DNA of 64,000 nucleotides. It comes from Eledone cirrhosa (taxonomy: Eukaryota). Under the pieces are notes generated by a model. The model saw only the letters and a list, made by a program, of their open reading frames with translations, made no database searches and was not told the DNA's origin. Within the stretch, counting starts at the first letter, position 1, and every line of letters starts with the position of its first letter. Position numbers and translations under genes: made by a program. The stretch spans positions 422,282,001 through 422,346,000 of the forward strand of contig OZ024740.1 in assembly GCA_964016885.1 (NCBI GenBank). The letters are read 5' to 3'. Shown here piece by piece: positions 1-12,800 of this stretch.

Positions 1-3000
1 CTTTAGCAGACTGTCTTGGACTCTTCTGAGTCTCTAACAAATATTGTCTACCATTCTCTCCACTGTGGACTTTAGCAGACTATCTTGGACTTCTCTGAGT
101 CTCTAACAAATATTGTCCACCATTCTCTCCACTGTGAACTTTAGTAGACTGTCTTGGACTTCTCTGAGTCTCTAACAAATATTGTCTACCATTCTCTCCA
201 CTGTGGACTTTAGCAGACTGTCTTGGATTCCTCTGAGTCTCTAACAAATATTGTCTACCATTCTCTCCACTGTGGACTTTAGCAGACTGTCTTGGACTTC
301 TCTGAGTCTCTAACAAATATTGTCCACCATTCTCTCCACTGTGGACTTTAGTAGACTGTCTTGGACTTCTCTGAGTCTCTAACATATATTGTCCACCATT
401 CTCTCCACTGTGGACTTTAGCAGACTGTCTTGGATTCCTCTGAGTCTCTAACAAATATTGTCCACCATTCTCTCCACTGTGGACTTTAGCAGACTGTCTT
501 GGACTCTTCTGAGTCTCTAACAAATATTGTCTACCATTCTCTCCACTGTGGACTTTAGCAGACTGTCTTGAACTTCTCTGAGTCTCTAACAAATATTGTC
601 CACATTCTCTCCACTGTGGACTTTAGCAGACTGTCTTGGACTCCTCTGAGTCTCTAACAAATATTGTCTACCATTCTCTCCACTGTGGACTTTAGCAGAC
701 TGTCTTGGATTCCTCTGAGTCTCTAACAAATAATGTCCACCATTCTCTCCACTGTGGAGTTTAGCAGACTGTCTTGGACTCCTCTGAGTCTCTAACATAT
801 ATTGTCCACCATTCTCTCAACTGTGGACTTTAGCAGACTGTCTTGGATTCCTCTGAGTCTCTAACAAATATTGTCTACCATTCTCTCCACTGTAGACTTT
901 AGCAGATTGTCTTGGACTTCTCTGAGTCTCTAACAAATATTGTCCACCATTCTCTGCACTGTGGATTTTAGCAGACTGTCTTGGACTTCTCTGAGTCTCT
1001 AACAAATATTGTCCACCATTCTCTCCACTGTAGACTTTAGTAGACTGTCTTGGATTCCTCTGAGTCTCTAACATATATTGTCTACCATTCTCTCCAATGT
1101 AGACTTTAGCAGACTGTTTTGGACTCCTCTGAGTCTCTAACAAATATTGTCTACCATTCTCTCCAGTGTAGATTTTAGCAGACTGTCTTGGACTCCTGTG
1201 AGTCTCTAACATATATTGTCTACCATTCTCTCCAATGTAGACTTTAGCAGACTGTTTTGGACTCCTCTGAGTCTCTAACAAATATTGACCACAATTCTCT
1301 CCACTGTGGACATTAGCAGACTGTCTTGGATTCCTCTGAGACTCTAAAAAATATTGCCCACCATTCTGTCCACTGTGGACTTTAGCAGACTGTCTTGGAT
1401 TCCTCTGAGTCTCTAACAAATATTGTCCACCATACTCTCCACTGTGGATTTTAGCAGACTGTCTTGGACTCTTCTGAGTCTCTAACAAATATTGTCTACC
1501 ATTCTCTCCACTGTGGACTTTAGCAGACTGTCTTGGACTTCTCTGAGTCTCTAACAAATATTGTCCACCATTCTCTCCACTGTGGACTTTAGTAGACTGT
1601 CTTGGACTTCTCTGAGTCTCTAACAAATATTGTCTACCATTCTCTCCACTGTGGACTTTAGCAGACTGTCTTGGACTCCTCTGAGTCTCTAACATATATT
1701 GTCCACCATTCTCTCAACTGTGGACTTTAGCAGACTGTCTTGGATTCCTCTGAGTCTCTAACAAATATTGTCCACCATTCTCTCCACTGTGGACTTTAGC
1801 AGACTGTCTTGGACTTCTCTGAGTCTCTAACAAATATTGTCCACCATTCTCTCCACTGTGGACTTTAGCAGACTGTCTTGGACTCTTCTGAGTCTCTAAC
1901 AAATATTGTCTACCATTCTCTCCACTGTGGACTTTAGCAGACTGTCTTGGATTCCTCTGAGTCTCTAACAAATATTGTCCACCATTCTCTCCACTGTGGA
2001 CTTTAGCAGACTGTCTTGGACTTCTCTGAGTCTCTAACAAATATTGTCCACCATTCTCTCCACTGTGGACTTTAGCAGACTGTCTTGGACTCTTCTGAGT
2101 CTCTAACAAATATTGTCTACCATTCTCTCCACTGTGGACTTTAGCAGACTATCTTGGACTTCTCTGAGTCTCTAACAAATATTGTCCACCATTCTCTCCA
2201 CTGTGAACTTTAGTAGACTGTCTTGGACTTCTCTGAGTCTCTAACAAATATTGTCTACCATTCTCTCCACTGTGGACTTTAGCAGACTGTCTTGGATTCC
2301 TCTGAGTCTCTAACAAATATTGTCTACCATTCTCTCCACTGTGGACTTTAGCAGACTGTCTTGGACTTCTCTGAGTCTCTAACAAATATTGTCCACCATT
2401 CTCTCCACTGTGGACTTTAGTAGACTGTCTTGGACTTCTCTGAGTCTCTAACATATATTGTCCACCATTCTCTCCACTGTGGACTTTAGCAGACTGTCTT
2501 GGATTCCTCTGAGTCTCTAACAAATATTGTCCACCATTCTCTCCACTGTGGACTTTAGCAGACTGTCTTGGACTCTTCTGAGTCTCTAACAAATATTGTC
2601 TACCATTCTCTCCACTGTGGACTTTAGCAGACTGTCTTGAACTTCTCTGAGTCTCTAACAAATATTGTCCACATTCTCTCCACTGTGGACTTTAGCAGAC
2701 TGTCTTGGACTCCTCTGAGTCTCTAACAAATATTGTCTACCATTCTCTCCACTGTGGACTTTAGCAGACTGTCTTGGATTCCTCTGAGTCTCTAACAAAT
2801 AATGTCCACCATTCTCTCCACTGTGGAGTTTAGCAGACTGTCTTGGACTCCTCTGAGTCTCTAACATATATTGTCCACCATTCTCTCAACTGTGGACTTT
2901 AGCAGACTGTCTTGGATTCCTCTGAGTCTCTAACAAATATTGTCTACCATTCTCTCCACTGTAGACTTTAGCAGATTGTCTTGGACTTCTCTGAGTCTCT

Positions 3001-4500
3001 AACAAATATTGTCCACCATTCTCTGCACTGTGGATTTTAGCAGACTGTCTTGGACTTCTCTGAGTCTCTAACAAATATTGTCCACCATTCTCTCCACTGT
3101 AGACTTTAGTAGACTGTCTTGGATTCCTCTGAGTCTCTAACATATATTGTCTACCATTCTCTCCAATGTAGACTTTAGCAGACTGTTTTGGACTCCTCTG
3201 AGTCTCTAACAAATATTGTCTACCATTCTCTCCAGTGTAGATTTTAGCAGACTGTCTTGGACTCCTGTGAGTCTCTAACATATATTGTCTACCATTCTCT
3301 CCAATGTAGACTTTAGCAGACTGTTTTGGACTCCTCTGAGTCTCTAACAAATATTGACCACAATTCTCTCCACTGTGGACATTAGCAGACTGTCTTGGAT
3401 TCCTCTGAGACTCTAAAAAATATTGCCCACCATTCTGTCCACTGTGGACTTTAGCAGACTGTCTTGGATTCCTCTGAGTCTCTAACAAATATTGTCCACC
3501 ATACTCTCCACTGTGGATTTTAGCAGACTGTCTTGGACTCTTCTGAGTCTCTAACAAATATTGTCTACCATTCTCTCCACTGTGGACTTTAGCAGACTGT
3601 CTTGGACTTCTCTGAGTCTCTAACAAATATTGTCCACCATTCTCTCCACTGTGGACTTTAGTAGACTGTCTTGGACTTCTCTGAGTCTCTAACAAATATT
3701 GTCTACCATTCTCTCCACTGTGGACTTTAGCAGACTGTCTTGGACTCCTCTGAGTCTCTAACATATATTGTCCACCATTCTCTCAACTGTGGACTTTAGC
3801 AGACTGTCTTGGATTCCTCTGAGTCTCTAACAAATATTGTCCACCATTCTCTCCACTGTGGACTTTAGCAGACTGTCTTGGACTTCTCTGAGTCTCTAAC
3901 AAATATTGTCCACCATTCTCTCCACTGTGGACTTTAGCAGACTGTCTTGGACTCTTCTGAGTCTCTAACAAATATTGTCTACCATTCTCTCCACTGTGGA
4001 CTTTAGCAGACTGTCTTGGATTCCTCTGAGTCTCTAACAAATATTGTCCACCATTCTCTCCACTGTGGACTTTAGCAGACTGTCTTGGACTTCTCTGAGT
4101 CTCTAACAAATATTGTCCACCATTCTCTCCACTGTGGACTTTAGCAGACTGTCTTGGACTCTTCTGAGTCTCTAACAAATATTGTCTACCATTCTCTCCA
4201 CTGTGGACTTTAGCAGACTATCTTGGACTTCTCTGAGTCTCTAACAAATATTGTCCACCATTCTCTCCACTGTGGACTTTAGTAGACTGTCTTGGACTTC
4301 TCTGAGTCTCTAACAAATATTGTCTACCATTCTCTCCACTGTGGACTTTAGCAGACTGTCTTGGATTCCTCTGAGTCTCTAACAAATATTGTCTACCATT
4401 CTCTCCACTGTGGACTTTAGCAGACTGTCTTGGACTTCTCTGAGTCTCTAACAAATATTGTCCACCATTCTCTCCACTGTGGACTTTAGTAGACTGTCTT
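1..4500. repeat. Higher-order repeat, 2069-bp unit (30 monomers minus 1 bp), about 2 copies; boundaries approximate
   Basis: The ORF pattern repeats at 80/2149/4218, 586/2655, 817/2886 and 1714/3783. Shared rare variants are GTGAACT (about 137 and 2206) and CTCCTGTG (about 1197 and 3266). Confidence 0.93.
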
Positions 4501-4799
4501 GGACTTCTCTGAGTCTCTAACAAATATTGTCTACCATTCTCTCCACTGTGGACTTTAGCAGACTGTCTTGGACTCCTCTGAGTCTCTAACATATATTGTC
4601 CACCATTCTCTCCACTGTGGACTTTAGCAGACTGTCTTGGACTTCTCTGAGTCTCTAACAAATATTGTCTACCATTCTCTCCACTGTGGACTTTAGCAGA
4701 CTGTCTTGGACTCCTCTGAGTCTCTAACAAATATTGTCCACCATTCTCTCCACTGTGGACTTTAGCAGACTGTCTTGGACTTCTCTGAGTCTCTAACAT

Positions 4800-7700
4800 A
4801 TATTGTCCACCATTCTCTCCACTGTGGACTTTAGCAGACTGTCTTGGACTTCTCTGAGTCTCTAACAAATATTGTCCACCATTCTCTCCACTGTGGACTT
4901 TAGCAGACTGTCTTGGATTCCTCTGAGTCTCTAACAAATATTGTCTACCATTCTCTCCGCTGTAGATTTTAGCAGACTGTCTTGGATTCCTCTGAGTCTC
5001 TAACAAATATTGTCCACCATTCTGTCCACTGTGGACTTTAGCAGACTGTCTTGGATTCCTCTGAGTCTCTAACAAATATTGTCCACCATTCTCTCCACTG
5101 TGGACTTTAGCAGACTGTCTTGGACTTCTCTGAGTCTCTAACAAATATTGTCCACCATTCTCTCCACTGTGGACTTTAGCAGACTGTCTTGAACTTCTCT
5201 GAGTCTCTAACAAATATTGTCCACATTCTCTCCACTGTGGACTTTAGCAGACTGTCTTGGACTCCTCTGAGTCTCTAACAAATATTGTCTACCATTCTCT
5301 CCACTGTGGACTTTAGCAGACTGTCTTGGATTCCTCTGAGTCTCTAACAAATAATGTCCACCATTCTCTCCACTGTGGAGTTTAGCAGACTGTCTTGGAC
5401 TCCTCTGAGTCTCTAACATATATTGTCCACCATTCTCTCAACTGTGGACTTTAGCAGACTGTCTTGGATTCCTCTGAGTCTCTAACAAATAATGTCCACC
5501 ATTCTCTCCACTGTGGAGTTTAGCAGACTGTCTTGGACTCCTCTGAGTCTCTAACATATATTGTCCACCATTCTCTCAACTGTGGACTTTAGCAGACTGT
5601 CTTGGATTCCTCTGAGTCTCTAACAAATATTGTCTACCATTCTCTCCACTGTAGACTTTAGCAGATTGTCTTGGACTTCTCTGAGTCTCTAACAAATATT
5701 GTCCACCATTCTCTGCACTGTAGACTTTAGTAGACTGTCTTGGATTCCTCTGAGTCTCTAACATATATTGTCTACCATTCTCTCCAATGTAGACTTTAGC
5801 AGACTGTTTTGGACTCCTCTGAGTCTCTAACAAATATTGTCTACCATTCTCTCCAGTGTAGATTTTAGCAGACTGTCTTGGACTCCTCTGAGTCTCTAAC
5901 ATATATTGTCTACCATTCTCTCCAATGTAGACTTTAGCAGACTGTTTTGGACTCCTCTGAGTCTCTAACAAATATTGACCACAATTCTCTCCACTGTGGA
6001 CATTAGCAGACTGTCTTGGATTCCTCTGAGACTCTAAAAAATATTGCCCACCATTCTGTCCACTGTGGACTTTAGCAGACTGTCTTGGATTCCTCTGAGT
6101 CTCTAACAAATATTGTCCACCATACTCTCCACTGTGGATTTTAGCAGAATGTCTTGGACTCTTCTGAGTCTCTAACAAATATTGTCTACCATTCTCTCCA
6201 CTGTGGACTTTAGCAGACTGTCTTGGACTTCTCTGAGTCTCTAACAAATATTGTCCACCATTCTCTCCACTGTGGACTTTAGTAGACTGTCTTGGACTTC
6301 TCTGAGTCTCTAACAAATATTGTCTACCATTCTCTCCACTGTGGACTTTAGCAGACTGTCTTGGACTCCTCTGAGTCTCTAACATATATTGTCCACCATT
6401 CTCTCAACTGTGGACTTTAGCAGACTGTCTTGGATTCCTCTGAGTCTCTAACAAATATTGTCCACCATTCTCTCCACTGTGGACTTTAGCAGACTGTCTT
6501 GGACTACTCTGAGTCTCTAACAAATATTGTCCACCATTCTCTCCACTGTGGACTTTAGCAGACTGTCTTGGACTCTTCTGAGTCTCTAACAAATATTGTC
6601 TACCATTCTCTCCACTGTGGACTTTAGCAGACTGTTTTGGATTCCTCCGAGTCTCTAACAAATATTGTCCACCATTCTCTCCACTGTGGACTTTAGCAGA
6701 CTGTCTTGGACTTCTCTGAGTCTCTAACAAATATTGTCCACCATTCTCTCCACTGTGGACTTTAGCAGACTGTCTTGGACTCTTCTGAGTCTCTAACAAA
6801 TATTGTCTACCATTCTCTCCACTGTGGACTTTAGCAGACTATCTTGGACTTCTCTGAGTCTCTAACAAATATTGTCCACCATTCTCTCCACTGTGGACTT
6901 TAGTAGACTGTCTTGGACTTCTCTGAGTCTCTAACAAATATTGTCTACCATTCTCTCCACTGTGGACTTTAGCAGACTGTCTTGGATTCCTCTGAGTCTC
7001 TAACAAATATTGTCCACCATTCTCTCCACTGTGGACTTTAGCAGACTGTCTTGGACTTCTCTGAGTCTCTAACATATATTGTCCACCATTCTCTCCACTG
7101 TGGACTTTAGCAGACTGTCTTGGACTTCTCTGAGTCTCTAACAAATATTGTCTACCATTCTCTCCACTGTGGACTTTAGCAGACTGTCTTGGACTCCTCT
7201 GAGTCTCTAACAAATATTGTCCACCATTCTCTCCACTGTGGACTTTAGCAGACTGTCTTGGATTCCTCTGAGTCTCTAACATATATTGTCTACCATTCTC
7301 TCCAATGTAGACTTTAGCAGACTGTTTTGGACTCCTCTGAGTCTCTAACAAATATTGTCTACCATTCTCTCCAGTGTAGATTTTAGCAGACTGTCTTGGA
7401 CTCCTCTGAGTCTCTAACATATATTGTCTACCATTCTCTCCAATGTAGACTTTAGCAGACTGTTTTGGACTCCTCTGAGTCTCTAACAAATATTGACCAC
7501 AATTCTCTCCACTGTGGACATTAGCAGACTGTCTTGGATTCCTCTGAGACTCTAAAAAATATTGCCCACCATTCTGTCCACTGTGGACTTTAGCAGACTG
7601 TCTTGGATTCCTCTGAGTCTCTAACAAATATTGTCCACCATACTCTCCACTGTGGATTTTAGCAGACTGTCTTGGACTCTTCTGAGTCTCTAACAAATAT

Positions 7701-10700
7701 TGTCTACCATTCTCTCCACTGTGGACTTTAGCAGACTGTCTTGGACTTCTCTGAGTCTCTAACAAATATTGTCCACCATTCTCTCCACTGTGGACTTTAG
7801 TAGACTGTCTTGGACTTCTCTGAGTCTCTAACAAATATTGTCTACCATTCTCTCCACTGTGGACTTTAGCAGACTGTCTTGGACTCCTCTGAGTCTCTAA
7901 CATATATTGTCCACCATTCTCTCAACTGTGGACTTTAGCAGACTGTCTTGGATTCCTCTGAGTCTCTAACAAATATTGTCCACCATTCTCTCCACTGTGG
8001 ACTTTAGCAGACTGTCTTGGACTTCTCTGAGTCTCTAACAAATATTGTCCACCATTCTCTCCACTGTGGACTTTAGCAGACTGTCTTGGACTCTTCTGAG
8101 TCTCTAACAAATATTGTCTACCATTCTCTCCACTGTGGACTTTAGCAGACTGTCTTGGATTCCTCTGAGTCTCTAACAAATATTGTCCACCATTCTCTCC
8201 ACTGTGGACTTTAGCAGACTGTCTTGGACTTCTCTGAGTCTCTAACAAATATTGTCCACCATTCTCTCCACTGTGGACTTTAGCAGACTGTCTTGGACTC
8301 TTCTGAGTCTCTAACAAATATTGTCTACCATTCTCTCCACTGTGGACTTTAGCAGACTATCTTGGACTTCTCTGAGTCTCTAACAAATATTGTCCACCAT
8401 TCTCTCCACTGTGGACTTTAGTAGACTGTCTTGGACTTCTCTGAGTCTCTAACAAATATTGTCTACCATTCTCTCCACTGTGGACTTTAGCAGACTGTCT
8501 TGGATTCCTCTGAGTCTCTAACAAATATTGTCTACCATTCTCTCCACTGTGGACTTTAGCAGACTGTCTTGGACTTCTCTGAGTCTCTAACAAATATTGT
8601 CCACCATTCTCTCCACTGTGGACTTTAGTAGACTGTCTTGGACTTCTCTGAGTCTCTAACAAATATTGTCTACCATTCTCTCCACTGTGGACTTTAGCAG
8701 ACTGTCTTGGACTCCTCTGAGTCTCTAACATATATTGTCCACCATTCTCTCCACTGTGGACTTTAGCAGACTGTCTTGGACTTCTCTGAGTCTCTAACAT
8801 ATATTGTCCACCATTCTCTCCACTGTGGACTTTAGCAGACTGTCTTGGACTTCTCTGAGTCTCTAACAAATATTGTCCACCATTCTCTCCACTGTGGACT
8901 TTAGCAGACTGTCTTGGATTCCTCTGAGTCTCTAACAAATATTGTCTACCATTCTCTCCGCTGTAGATTTTAGCAGACTGTCTTGGATTCCTCTGAGTCT
9001 CTAACAAATATTGTCCACCATTCTGTCCACTGTGGACTTTAGCAGACTGTCTTGGATTCCTCTGAGTCTCTAACAAATATTGTCCACCATTCTCTCCACT
9101 GTGGACTTTAGCAGACTGTCTTGGACTTCTCTGAGTCTCTAACAAATATTGTCCACCATTCTCTCCACTGTGGACTTTAGCAGACTGTCTTGAACTTCTC
9201 TGAGTCTCTAACAAATATTGTCCACATTCTCTCCACTGTGGACTTTAGCAGACTGTCTTGGACTCCTCTGAGTCTCTAACAAATATTGTCTACCATTCTC
9301 TCCACTGTGGACTTTAGCAGACTGTCTTGGATTCCTCTGAGTCTCTAACAAATAATGTCCACCATTCTCTCCACTGTGGAGTTTAGCAGACTGTCTTGGA
9401 CTCCTCTGAGTCTCTAACATATATTGTCCACCATTCTCTCAACTGTGGACTTTAGCAGACTGTCTTGGATTCCTCTGAGTCTCTAACAAATAATGTCCAC
9501 CATTCTCTCCACTGTGGAGTTTAGCAGACTGTCTTGGACTCCTCTGAGTCTCTAACATATATTGTCCACCATTCTCTCAACTGTGGACTTTAGCAGACTG
9601 TCTTGGATTCCTCTGAGTCTCTAACAAATATTGTCTACCATTCTCTCCACTGTAGACTTTAGCAGATTGTCTTGGACTTCTCTGAGTCTCTAACAAATAT
9701 TGTCCACCATTCTCTGCACTGTAGACTTTAGTAGACTGTCTTGGATTCCTCTGAGTCTCTAACATATATTGTCTACCATTCTCTCCAATGTAGACTTTAG
9801 CAGACTGTTTTGGACTCCTCTGAGTCTCTAACAAATATTGTCTACCATTCTCTCCAGTGTAGATTTTAGCAGACTGTCTTGGACTCCTCTGAGTCTCTAA
9901 CATATATTGTCTACCATTCTCTCCAATGTAGACTTTAGCAGACTGTTTTGGACTCCTCTGAGTCTCTAACAAATATTGACCACAATTCTCTCCACTGTGG
10001 ACATTAGCAGACTGTCTTGGATTCCTCTGAGACTCTAAAAAATATTGCCCACCATTCTGTCCACTGTGGACTTTAGCAGACTGTCTTGGATTCCTCTGAG
10101 TCTCTAACAAATATTGTCCACCATACTCTCCACTGTGGATTTTAGCAGAATGTCTTGGACTCTTCTGAGTCTCTAACAAATATTGTCTACCATTCTCTCC
10201 ACTGTGGACTTTAGCAGACTGTCTTGGACTTCTCTGAGTCTCTAACAAATATTGTCCACCATTCTCTCCACTGTGGACTTTAGTAGACTGTCTTGGACTT
10301 CTCTGAGTCTCTAACAAATATTGTCTACCATTCTCTCCACTGTGGACTTTAGCAGACTGTCTTGGACTCCTCTGAGTCTCTAACATATATTGTCCACCAT
10401 TCTCTCAACTGTGGACTTTAGCAGACTGTCTTGGATTCCTCTGAGTCTCTAACAAATATTGTCCACCATTCTCTCCACTGTGGACTTTAGCAGACTGTCT
10501 TGGACTACTCTGAGTCTCTAACAAATATTGTCCACCATTCTCTCCACTGTGGACTTTAGCAGACTGTCTTGGACTCTTCTGAGTCTCTAACAAATATTGT
10601 CTACCATTCTCTCCACTGTGGACTTTAGCAGACTGTTTTGGATTCCTCCGAGTCTCTAACAAATATTGTCCACCATTCTCTCCACTGTGGACTTTAGCAG

Positions 10701-12800
10701 ACTGTCTTGGACTTCTCTGAGTCTCTAACAAATATTGTCCACCATTCTCTCCACTGTGGACTTTAGCAGACTGTCTTGGACTCTTCTGAGTCTCTAACAA
10801 ATATTGTCTACCATTCTCTCCACTGTGGACTTTAGCAGACTATCTTGGACTTCTCTGAGTCTCTAACAAATATTGTCCACCATTCTCTCCACTGTGGACT
10901 TTAGTAGACTGTCTTGGACTTCTCTGAGTCTCTAACAAATATTGTCTACCATTCTCTCCACTGTGGACTTTAGCAGACTGTCTTGGATTCCTCTGAGTCT
11001 CTAACAAATATTGTCCACCATTCTCTCCACTGTGGACTTTAGCAGACTGTCTTGGACTTCTCTGAGTCTCTAACATATATTGTCCACCATTCTCTCCACT
11101 GTGGACTTTAGCAGACTGTCTTGGACTTCTCTGAGTCTCTAACAAATATTGTCTACCATTCTCTCCACTGTGGACTTTAGCAGACTGTCTTGGACTCCTC
11201 TGAGTCTCTAACAAATATTGTCCACCATTCTCTCCACTGTGGACTTTAGCAGACTGTCTTGGATTCCTCTGAGTCTCTAACATATATTGTCTACCATTCT
11301 CTCCAATGTAGACTTTAGCAGACTGTTTTGGACTCCTCTGAGTCTCTAACAAATATTGTCTACCATTCTCTCCAGTGTAGATTTTAGCAGACTGTCTTGG
11401 ACTCCTCTGAGTCTCTAACATATATTGTCTACCATTCTCTCCAATGTAGACTTTAGCAGACTGTTTTGGACTCCTCTGAGTCTCTAACAAATATTGACCA
11501 CAATTCTCTCCACTGTGGACATTAGCAGACTGTCTTGGATTCCTCTGAGACTCTAAAAAATATTGCCCACCATTCTGTCCACTGTGGACTTTAGCAGACT
11601 GTCTTGGATTCCTCTGAGTCTCTAACAAATATTGTCCACCATACTCTCCACTGTGGATTTTAGCAGACTGTCTTGGACTCTTCTGAGTCTCTAACAAATA
11701 TTGTCTACCATTCTCTCCACTGTGGACTTTAGCAGACTGTCTTGGACTTCTCTGAGTCTCTAACAAATATTGTCCACCATTCTCTCCACTGTGGACTTTA
11801 GTAGACTGTCTTGGACTTCTCTGAGTCTCTAACAAATATTGTCTACCATTCTCTCCACTGTGGACTTTAGCAGACTGTCTTGGACTCCTCTGAGTCTCTA
11901 ACATATATTGTCCACCATTCTCTCAACTGTGGACTTTAGCAGACTGTCTTGGATTCCTCTGAGTCTCTAACAAATATTGTCCACCATTCTCTCCACTGTG
12001 GACTTTAGCAGACTGTCTTGGACTTCTCTGAGTCTCTAACAAATATTGTCCACCATTCTCTCCACTGTGGACTTTAGCAGACTGTCTTGGACTCTTCTGA
12101 GTCTCTAACAAATATTGTCTACCATTCTCTCCACTGTGGACTTTAGCAGACTGTCTTGGATTCCTCTGAGTCTCTAACAAATATTGTCCACCATTCTCTC
12201 CACTGTGGACTTTAGCAGACTGTCTTGGACTTCTCTGAGTCTCTAACAAATATTGTCCACCATTCTCTCCACTGTGGACTTTAGCAGACTGTCTTGGACT
12301 CTTCTGAGTCTCTAACAAATATTGTCTACCATTCTCTCCACTGTGGACTTTAGCAGACTATCTTGGACTTCTCTGAGTCTCTAACAAATATTGTCCACCA
12401 TTCTCTCCACTGTGGACTTTAGTAGACTGTCTTGGACTTCTCTGAGTCTCTAACAAATATTGTCTACCATTCTCTCCACTGTGGACTTTAGCAGACTGTC
12501 TTGGATTCCTCTGAGTCTCTAACAAATATTGTCTACCATTCTCTCCACTGTGGACTTTAGCAGACTGTCTTGGACTTCTCTGAGTCTCTAACAAATATTG
12601 TCCACCATTCTCTCCACTGTGGACTTTAGTAGACTGTCTTGGACTTCTCTGAGTCTCTAACAAATATTGTCTACCATTCTCTCCACTGTGGACTTTAGCA
12701 GACTGTCTTGGACTCCTCTGAGTCTCTAACATATATTGTCCACCATTCTCTCCACTGTGGACTTTAGCAGACTGTCTTGGACTTCTCTGAGTCTCTAACA
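4800..12800. repeat. Higher-order repeat, 4001-bp unit (58 monomers minus 1 bp), 2 copies; boundaries approximate
   Basis: Identical ORFs at 5207/9208, 5576/9577, 6404/10405, 6839/10840 and 7922/11923. Shared markers are GCAGAATG (about 6149/10150), GACTACT (about 6505/10506) and CTCCGA (about 6648/10649). Confidence 0.93.

Noticed and set aside
586-610. Programmed frameshift or translational coupling at the overlapping ORF ends (ENVDNIC)
   Set aside because: The overlap is simply the product of the recurrent 1-bp deletion monomer, and I saw no slippery site.
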